Shown here: positions 52,379 to 58,677 of the stretch, piece after piece
How positions within the stretch are numbered: position 1 is the stretch's first letter
Layout: each line of letters begins with the position of its first letter
Source: Abditibacteriaceae bacterium
GTDB lineage: Bacteria; Armatimonadota; Abditibacteriia; Abditibacteriales; Abditibacteriaceae
Reading direction: 5' to 3'
Length of the DNA: 64,000 nucleotides
Assembly (NCBI GenBank): GCA_965277285.1
Contig: OZ255721.1
Coordinates: 928,001-992,000 of the forward strand
Made by a program: the position numbers and the translations under genes
Notes under the pieces: generated by a model
The model's input: only the letters and a program-made list of their open reading frames with translations
What the model was told of the DNA's origin: nothing
The model's database searches: none

Positions 52379-52535
52379 TGAACGGTGGCGGGACTCGAAC
52401 CCGCAAGGCATTGCTGCCAGTTGATCCAGATAACCCTTTATCTGCGGCCCTTTGATTTGAAAATCACGGGCAAAAAGCGACAAGGAAAATGGCCGAAGCC
52501 AGGCGACCGTGTTTGCCAATTCCACCACCCCGTTC
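52379..52535 (-). ncRNA. tRNA-Leu-like scaffold with a Y-RNA-like insert in the anticodon arm
   Basis: GAACGGGG/CACCGUUC acceptor, GUGGAAUUGGCAAACAC D arm, GGCA-GCAA-UGCC variable arm, same T arm; insert ends GGGCCG...GGGUUAUC. Confidence 0.7.
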
Positions 52536-52554
52536 GTAACATCTTCATGCTTTC

Positions 52555-52616
52555 TACTAACCACGCATGGAAGTAAAGTTACAACAAAGCCCACTTACTT
52601 CCGTGCGCGGTTAGTA
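52555..52616 (-). other. 22-bp hairpin within the RNA cluster
   Basis: UACUAACCGCGCACGGAAGUAA / UUACUUCCAUGCGUGGUUAGUA. Confidence 0.55.
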
Positions 52617-52634
52617 AAAGTCTCGAAAAATCCA

Positions 52635-52718
52635 AAGCGGGCAAATGTATGACGTGGGAACTCTCACCAGCAGCGAGAATCAAACCCAAATTGATAACCC
52701 ACATCGTCCGGCCTGCTT
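52635..52718 (-). ncRNA. Y-RNA-like RNA, canonical topology
   Basis: AAGCAGGCCG-GACGAUGUGGGUUAUC ... CCCACGUC...UUUGCCCGCUU. Confidence 0.65.
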
Positions 52719-52744
52719 GAAACACTTTCGAGTACTCGATTTCG

Positions 52745-52828
52745 TGGGAGCCAAGGGAATCGAACCCTTTCAGCCCGAAGGCAACGGTGTTACAGACCGC
52801 TCCGGCTCTCCAACTCCGGCGCACTCCC
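52745..52828 (-). tRNA. tRNA-Tyr(GUA)
   Basis: Cloverleaf; GCGGU-CUGUAAC-ACCGU; long variable arm. Confidence 0.88.
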
Positions 52829-52857
52829 AATCGTCCAATTCCTCCTTGTCAAACCGA

Positions 52858-52931
52858 TACCCACGGAGAGATTCGAACTCTCAACCTCGACGTTCTAAGC
52901 GTCGCGTCTCTACCAATTGGACTACGCAGGC
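52858..52931 (-). tRNA. tRNA-Leu(UAG), short variable loop
   Basis: CGACG-CUUAGAA-CGUCG; variable loop AGGUU. Confidence 0.82.
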
Positions 52932-52941
52932 AAATACGTCC

Positions 52942-53013
52942 TATGCGTGGAAGGAATCGAACCTTCATCCGTCGCTTTTGAAACGACCGTCTCTGCCGTT
53001 GGACTACACGCAC
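52942..53013 (-). tRNA. tRNA-Leu(CAA), short variable loop
   Basis: GUCGU-UUCAAAA-GCGAC; variable loop GGAU. Confidence 0.82.
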
Positions 53014-53032
53014 ATTTACGACTTGTTACATC

Positions 53033-53104
53033 TGGGAGCGAGAGGAGTCGAACCTCTATTGTCGCCTTCGTAGGGCGGTATCCTGTCCATTGGAAGACGC
53101 TCCC
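53033..53104 (-). tRNA. tRNA-Arg(ACG)
   Basis: GGGAGCG/CGCUCCC; CGCC-CUACGAA-GGCG. Confidence 0.85.
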
Positions 53105-53156
53105 TTTGCGAGCAAACGATGAAAATTGAACTTTTACAGCTTGCTCGTTCCATCAG

Positions 53157-53228
53157 TCAGGGTGGCAGGAATTGAACCTGCTGCCACCTCAGCCCAAGTG
53201 AGGCATGCACCCGTTACACTTCACCCTG
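53157..53228 (-). tRNA. tRNA-Pro(UGG)
   Basis: CAGGGUG/CACCCUG; CCUCA-CUUGGGC-UGAGG. Confidence 0.85.
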
Positions 53229-53237
53229 ATTACGACA

Positions 53238-53311
53238 TGGGGACGGTGGGACTTGAACCCACAACTTCTCGCTTAAAAGGCGAATACTCTAACCAATTGA
53301 GTTACATCCCC
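53238..53311 (-). tRNA. tRNA-Lys(UUU)
   Basis: UUCGC-CUUUUAA-GCGAG; canonical D and T arms. Confidence 0.9.
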
Positions 53312-53328
53312 GACAATTTTCTGCAACA

Positions 53329-53410
53329 CGGAGAGTGAAGGAATCGAACCTTCGCAGGTGTGACCCTGACGGATTAGCAGTCCGTTGCATTACCTCTCTG
53401 CCAACTCTCC
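53329..53410 (-). tRNA. tRNA-Ser(GCU)
   Basis: ACGGA-CUGCUAA-UCCGU; long variable arm; G73. Confidence 0.9.
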
Positions 53411-53428
53411 AACTTCGATTTTTAACTA

Positions 53429-53514
53429 CGGAAGGCATAGGAGTCGAACCCACAGGCTTTCACCCGGCACGTCGGTTTTCAGGACCGATTGGCGCCCACG
53501 CGCCGCTACCTTCC
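53429..53514 (-). tRNA. Atypical tRNA-Ser(UGA) (possible 8/4 fold)
   Basis: UCGGU-CCUGAAA-ACCGA; D arm GGCGC-GUGG-GCGCC; long variable arm; G73. Confidence 0.72.
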
Positions 53515-53532
53515 GAACTGCGTTACACAACC

Positions 53533-53603
53533 CTGCCCGGCCTGGACTCGAACCAGAATCTGCTGAGTCAAAGTCAGCCATCCTACCATTAGACGACCAG
53601 GCA
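53533..53603 (-). tRNA. tRNA-Gln(UUG)
   Basis: U1-A72, GCUGA-CUUUGAC-UCAGC, G73. Confidence 0.88.
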
Positions 53604-53621
53604 ATTTTCAACATTCGTCAC

Positions 53622-53693
53622 AGGGAACGAGAGGATTTGAACCTCTTCCGCAAGGGCCACAGCCTCGAATGCTCACCGTTACACTACGTCCCC
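53622..53693 (-). tRNA. tRNA-His(GUG), lacking G-1:C73
   Basis: CGAGG-CUGUGGC-CCUUG; acceptor GGGGACG/CGUUCCC, then U. Confidence 0.8.
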
Positions 53694-53732
53694 AGATCGC
53701 TTTCGAGTACTCGAAAAGCGCATCAACATCAG

Positions 53733-53804
53733 TAGGAGCGAAGGGAATCGAACCCTCCTCTGCGGATCGAAAGTCCACCGCGATAACCACTACGCCACGC
53801 TCCC
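53733..53804 (-). tRNA. tRNA-Glu(UUC)
   Basis: GUGGA-CUUUCGA-UCCGC. Confidence 0.83.
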
Positions 53805-53859
53805 GTCAAACCTTCGCTATCCACCATTCCGTATTCCGCATTCATCATTTGTCGGCGTC

Positions 53860-53934
53860 TGGCGGGAGCGAGGAGAATCGAACTCCCGTTTGCAGATCGA
53901 CATTCTGCTGTCTTGACCATTAGACCACGCCCCC
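53860..53934 (-). tRNA. tRNA-Asp(GUC) with encoded CCA
   Basis: GCAGA-AUGUCGA-UCUGC; ends GCCA. Confidence 0.85.
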
Positions 53935-53952
53935 AAAGTGCGCCCGAACTTG

Positions 53953-53995
53953 AAAAACAAAAAGCCCGCTGTCGAAACATCTCGACAGCGGGCTT
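53953..53995 (-). terminator. Intrinsic terminator upstream of the tRNA array (putative attenuator)
   Basis: 14-bp stem AAGCCCGCUGUCGA/UCGACAGCGGGCUU followed by UUUGUUUUU. Confidence 0.8.
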
Positions 53996-54017
53996 GAAGA
54001 AAATCAATGAAAAGTAC

Positions 54018-54203
54018 TTACACGAAAAGTACTCCCGATGATTCATCCATTCCACTGCCGAAGCGACGATCCGAGCGATCAAAACTCTTTGAATTGAGTC
54101 GATAGCCTTGATGTTCGGGCGCGTTGAGGCTCAAGAAATTCGGTCGCTGAATGGCCGATTTCTCCAACATCTTACCGCTTTGTAAGGAAATGAAATGTGT
54201 CAT
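54018..54203 (-). CDS. Putative leader peptide (61 aa)
   Basis: ATG 54203 with GAGGA upstream; stops about 22 nt before the terminator stem. Confidence 0.45.
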   Translation of the reverse strand: MTHFISLQSGKMLEKSAIQRPNFLSLNAPEHQGYRLNSKSFDRSDRRFGSGMDESSGVLFV

Positions 54204-54266
54204 CAGAAGATTGCTCGTCCTCGCGTTGTGGCTAAAAGCGCCATGCCAGAAGAGGAACAAGAGAGA

Positions 54267-54295
54267 ACTATATAGCTCGCCAACATGCGCGTCAA
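54267..54295 (-). promoter_or_regulatory. Sigma70-like promoter of the tRNA/Y-RNA/rsr operon
   Basis: TTGACG-17 bp-TATAGT on the minus strand. Confidence 0.7.
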
Positions 54296-54460
54296 GGGGT
54301 TTACGAAAATATTTTTAAAATCTTTTTCGTCGTGTTCCACGGAAAATGGCCGTACAAACGCACTTTTGAGTACTCGAAAAGACGATGATAGAAGCCGTCT
54401 CATAACTATGAGTGAAACTCGAAGTTACCAGTTTGTCGTTCGGATAAGTTGTGTAGAAAG

Positions 54461-54580
54461 TGCGAGAACCATCTTCAAACTTCCAGTTTGTCATTCTGAG
54501 CGCAGCGAAGAATCTACCTGCAATTAGATTCTTCGCTGCGCTCAGAATGACAAACTGAAAGTTTGAAGATGGTTCTCGCA
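54461..54580. repeat. 120-bp near-perfect inverted repeat with a TGTCATTCTGAGC core
   Basis: TGCGAGAACCATCTTCAAAC...GTTTGAAGATGGTTCTCGCA outer arms. Confidence 0.8.
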
Positions 54581-54664
54581 CAGTCTCTACATCTTCTGTG
54601 TGCGGCGAAGAATGACAAATTGGAGGTTTAATGCAGTGACTTTTGGGAAGTGACTTGTCTCGAA

Positions 54665-55039
54665 TCACACGTTTTTGCGTGCTTCAAAACCTGTCGGCGG
54701 CGCGAAGGTTGGTGTCGGCATTTCAGCCGCTTCACCGGCGCGCGGATGAGCACACGGGAAATCTTTCTCGATGTAGAAACGAACGTCGTCCTGCAAAAAA
54801 TAAACGCCTTCGCACTCCGCTTCGCTGAGTTGCACGATGTCTTTTTTCGCCAGAGAAAAAACTAAATCGCCGTGGTGCATCTCCAGAGAAGTTGCTGCTG
54901 AAGGCCGAACGCGCACACTCCATCCATCAAGATGCCAAACTAAAAAATGCTCGTTGATAGATTGGTCGTTTTGCAATTGCGCCAACTCTTCGGGCGTGAT
55001 GCGCAGGCGAATGCTGTTCTTTGTCCAACGAACTTTCAT
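54665..55039 (-). CDS. Hypothetical protein
   Basis: MKVRWTKNSIRLRI...IEKDFPCAH; start overlaps the mobA stop. Confidence 0.7.
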   Translation of the reverse strand: MKVRWTKNSIRLRITPEELAQLQNDQSINEHFLVWHLDGWSVRVRPSAATSLEMHHGDLVFSLAKKDIVQLSEAECEGVYFLQDDVRFYIEKDFPCAHPRAGEAAEMPTPTFAPPTGFEARKNV

Positions 55040-55635
55040 GAGGTTTTCTGTCCTTGCTGTTGCGCCCAGTTCCATTCGTCTGGCGTGTTCACATTGAGCA
55101 ATTGATGCGCGATTTCTGGCGGCGCTTCGACAACAAAAAAATCGCCCGCCCAGATTAAAGCGTGCAGCGAACGCTTGTTTTGCGACAATAATTCGTCTAT
55201 CAGCGGCAAGCACGACACTTGATACCTCGCAAAAAGCGGCTGCAATTGTTCGCCGCTGCGTGTGGCAATTCCGTCTTTTTCTGGCGCAACTTCCAGTTGT
55301 ATCAACCAATTTATCGCGTCTGTTGTCAGCAAAGGAACATCACACGGCAGCGCGCAAACCGTTTGACAATCGTTTCGATGCGCCCACTGTAGCGCTGTTT
55401 TCAAGCCACTCAAAGGCCCAATTCCTCGTTCTTCATCCATCAAAAAAACGACTTCGTTCAGCGTCCAATCAGCGGGACGTTCGCGCCCGACAACGAGAAC
55501 GCGACGCTTTGTTGCAAGCGCGATACGACAAAGATGCTCCAGTAATGGCACGCCATTCCACAGCATTTGAGCTTTGTCGTTTCCCATGCGACGGCTTTCT
55601 CCGCCAGCGAGAATGGCAATGACGATTTGGTTCAT
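55036..55635 (-). CDS. mobA: Molybdenum cofactor guanylyltransferase
   Basis: LAGGESRRMG.DKA, GPLSG, PCDVP, NVNTP. Confidence 0.9.
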   Translation of the reverse strand: MNQIVIAILAGGESRRMGNDKAQMLWNGVPLLEHLCRIALATKRRVLVVGRERPADWTLNEVVFLMDEERGIGPLSGLKTALQWAHRNDCQTVCALPCDVPLLTTDAINWLIQLEVAPEKDGIATRSGEQLQPLFARYQVSCLPLIDELLSQNKRSLHALIWAGDFFVVEAPPEIAHQLLNVNTPDEWNWAQQQGQKTS

Positions 55636-55964
55636 AGAGAGCGTGCAACGCCGTACTTCAACTGCATATCTTAGTCATTCGAGTACTTGAACTGCCTTGT
55701 GAAATGAGATAACAGATGATTATGTTCTGGTTATTTTCATTGATTGTTTTTATCGCTGCTTTTATTTTAGCCAGCATCGACAATCCGTGTCTGTCTTACT
55801 CCTTCAACTACACCATACTCTTTTTTGGATGGTTAGCTTGCGCTTGGCTTGACAACAAGCGCAAACACACACCACAAGACCTTGCTGCGTCACAAGCCTC
55901 AGTCGAACACACTCAAGCATGGCCAAACCTAAAGCGATTCCACTTTTTTTACAGAGCAAACTTA

Positions 55965-56846
55965 GAGCCTATCCGAAAAGGCATTGATTCCAGGTGATGA
56001 GAGCGCAGGCAAAGTGCAGCATGGCCAGGTAGTTCTGGCTCTTCTTTTCCCATCGCACCAACAAGCGGCGATAACGATTGAGCCAGCTATGCGTTCTCTC
56101 CACCACCCAGCGCCGTGCTTTCTTGCCCGCGGCTTTAGCGGCGGCCTCTTCGCCGCGCGGTCGAATGTGGGTGGTGTAGCCAAAGGCTTGAGCGACTTGG
56201 CGCACTTCTGCGTAATCGTAGCCCGCATCCAGACACAAGCCTTGTTCGCACCCACTCGCCATATGGCACAGTCTCTTGTTCTCAATCCCTTGCACCACGC
56301 TGGCCAGAGTGGCCGCGACCAGTTTCATGTCATGGCGGTTGGCGCCCTCGATCTCCAAGCCAACAGGAATACCACAAGCTTCAGTCAGCAGGCTTCTTTT
56401 CACGCCGCCTTTGGCGCGGTCGCAGGGGTTGGGTCCCGTTTTTTCCCCCGCCCAGAGGCGCTTTGGTCATCACGCCATCGAGTGCCAGCCAACTCCAGTC
56501 CAAGCCTTTGAGTTCGTCGTAATCGCATAAAGCCGCTTCCCACAAGCGCACGAAGAAACCGTCTCGTTGCCATTCTTGAAAGCGCGCGTGGGCTGTTGAA
56601 CCTGAGCAGATTCCTGTGGCATCCAAAGCTTTCCACTGGCAGCCGGTTCGCAGCACAAAGAAGATGCCGTTCAAGACCTGGCGGTCAGGAACACGCGGGC
56701 GATGGCAGCCTAAAGGATGCACTGGCTTTTGCCGAACTGGGAGCAACGGTTCGATCAGCTCCCATAACACATCCGAAATCACAAACTCTTGAACCGGAAT
56801 CTCATGTTTCATGCCACGCAGTTTACCACCCTATTCGGATAGGCTC
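55965..56846 (-). mobile_element. IS5-family insertion sequence
   Basis: TIRs GAGCCTATCCGAA(A/T)AGG; TTA duplication at 55962-55964 and 56847-56849; two-ORF transposase. Confidence 0.92.
55969..56812 (-). CDS. IS5 transposase in two frameshifted ORFs
   Basis: LRTGCQW, F.EW..DG; DAGYD, RWVVERTHSWL..YRRL; G5A7 slippery run at the overlap. Confidence 0.88.
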
Positions 56847-57121
56847 TTATCCGCCATGTTTGTGGCTGGCCTTCAACTTTGGAACCGTTATTTTGGGTCT
56901 GGGCAAAAGCACATTTCATTGATGACAGCGCTCATTATCAGCGCTATTCCATTGGCGCTATCTCACGTTTTTATCCTATGGATCAAGAATTTCTCTTGCC
57001 CTAATTGTCACAAACCGTTTCTCTCAAAAGAGCATTTTGCATCCGTAAGTTATTTTAGCGTTGCTTTGCCAGATATGTGTTGTCCGCACTGCAACGTCAA
57101 AGCTGAGTGGGATTGAATTGC

Positions 57122-58576
57122 TTATGCGCTGGCACTATCCAACGTCCATTCGACGATTTCGCGCACCAGAGTTTTGCAGGAGCCGCAGCCCGTTCCGGCG
57201 CGCGTCGAACGCATCACATCAGCGACTTCGCGCGTGCCGCCCAGAACGCATTTGCGAATCGTGCCTTTGTTGACGGCGTTGCAGTTGCAAACTGTCGCGG
57301 CGTCCGGCATGACTTCCAGCGTGGCGCCATTGACGACGGGCGCGCCCATTTCAAATAACAATTGTTCGCGCTCGTCCGGCAAAGGGCCGCCGCGCTCGAA
57401 CAATTGCATCAAGCGCGCTGTGGCGCCGGTTTCGCCCAGCAAAATCGCGCCGACTAATTTGCCGTCGCGGATGACCAATTTCTTGTAGCGACCGCGACGC
57501 GGCTCGACCCATTGCACGATTTCGTCCGTCGGTTCGGGACGCGCCGCAATGCCCATCGAAGCCAGTTCCAAGCCCATCACTTTCAATTTGGTAGACATCT
57601 TCGAGCCGCGATATTTCGCGTGCGGATTGGCGCCCGTGATGTGATCGGCGAGTACTCGACCTTGTTCCCACAAAGGCGCGACCACGCCGTAAACCTGTCC
57701 GTTGTGCTGCGCGCATTCGCCAACAACGTAAATATCTTCGTCATCGGCGGCTTGCATTTGGTCGTTCACGACGATGGCGCGTTCGACTTGCAGGCCGCAA
57801 TCGCGCGCCAGTTCGACGTTGGGGCGAATGCCGCAGGACATTACAACCATGTCGCATTCGAGCGTCGAGCCGTCTTTGAATTGCAAGCCCGTCACCATCT
57901 CGTCGCCCAAAACGCCGGTCGTCGATTTCCCCAGATGAACGTGCAAACCCATTTTTTGCACGCTGTCCAGCAGCATTTCTCCCGCGATTTCGTCCAACTG
58001 CGTGTCCATCAAGCGCGGCGCGATGTGAATGACGTGAACTTCGCAGCCGTAATTGATCAGGCCTCGCGCCGCTTCCAAGCCCAGCAAACCGCCGCCGATG
58101 ACGGCTGCGCGACGGCTTTTATTGGCGTAACCGGAGATTTTCTGGCAATCGTCGATGGTGCGAAAAACGAAAAGGCCGGGCTTGGGCGCGCCATCTTCCA
58201 GCGTCAAACCGTCCATCGGCGGCACAAAGGGACGGCTTCCCGTCGCAATGATGAGTTTGTCGTACGTTTCTTCGCGCCCGTTCGCATCGCGTATGGTTTT
58301 ATTCTCACGGTCGATGTGCGTCGCCGCCGCGCCATGATGCAAAGTGATGCCGTTATAGCGATACCAGTCAATTGGATTAAGGAAAATTTCTTTCGCGTCC
58401 TGCGAACCGTTTAAGACATTCGACAGCAAAATGCGATTGTAATTGCCGTAAGATTCCTCGCTCCAAACCGTGATGTCAAATTGATCGCTGCCGCCGCGAC
58501 GCATAATTTCTTCAATGGTGCGCGCTCCGGCCATGCCGTTGCCAATAACCGCCAATTTCTTTTTAGGTGTGTTCAT
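57122..58576 (-). CDS. NAD(P)H/FAD oxidoreductase with BFD-like [2Fe-2S] domain (NasB/NirB-like)
   Basis: GNGMAG, YNRILLS, GGGLLGLEAA, CNCN...GTGCGSC; no siroheme domain. Confidence 0.88.
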   Translation of the reverse strand: MNTPKKKLAVIGNGMAGARTIEEIMRRGGSDQFDITVWSEESYGNYNRILLSNVLNGSQDAKEIFLNPIDWYRYNGITLHHGAAATHIDRENKTIRDANGREETYDKLIIATGSRPFVPPMDGLTLEDGAPKPGLFVFRTIDDCQKISGYANKSRRAAVIGGGLLGLEAARGLINYGCEVHVIHIAPRLMDTQLDEIAGEMLLDSVQKMGLHVHLGKSTTGVLGDEMVTGLQFKDGSTLECDMVVMSCGIRPNVELARDCGLQVERAIVVNDQMQAADDEDIYVVGECAQHNGQVYGVVAPLWEQGRVLADHITGANPHAKYRGSKMSTKLKVMGLELASMGIAARPEPTDEIVQWVEPRRGRYKKLVIRDGKLVGAILLGETGATARLMQLFERGGPLPDEREQLLFEMGAPVVNGATLEVMPDAATVCNCNAVNKGTIRKCVLGGTREVADVMRSTRAGTGCGSCKTLVREIVEWTLDSASA

Positions 58577-58677
58577 AGGTTCAACTTGTCTTATCGAGAA
58601 CAATCGAGTACTCGATTGCGGTTGTGTAGCGAACCCGAATCGTAAGCGAGGGAGATGATGTAGGAAATCTCCCTCGC

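Larger units (their letters stand above)
55716..57116 (+). pseudogene. Membrane protein gene interrupted by IS5
   Basis: Removing the IS and one TTA rejoins ...FYRANL to SAMFVAG... in frame; C-terminal CxxC pairs. Confidence 0.7.

Noticed and set aside
51574..52718. CRISPR array interpretation of the recurring GATAACCC...CGGCCC motif
   Set aside because: Repeats are degenerate and irregularly spaced, sit in folded RNAs, and there are no cas genes.
53429..53514. tRNA-Sec or opal suppressor
   Set aside because: The anticodon reads UGA (Ser), not UCA, and no sel genes are in the window.
51485..54082. Short ORFs across the tRNA/Y-RNA cluster
   Set aside because: They are shadows of RNA genes with no protein motifs.
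49304..54295. Prophage or ICE origin of the tRNA array
   Set aside because: No integrase, att duplication or phage genes nearby, and the region carries the host palindrome at normal density.
56381..56450. IS5 transposase as a dead pseudogene
   Set aside because: A two-ORF layout with a slippery run is common in IS5-family elements.
57122..58576. Complete NirB nitrite reductase
   Set aside because: It lacks the C-terminal siroheme/4Fe-4S domains and is better read as an electron-transfer subunit.
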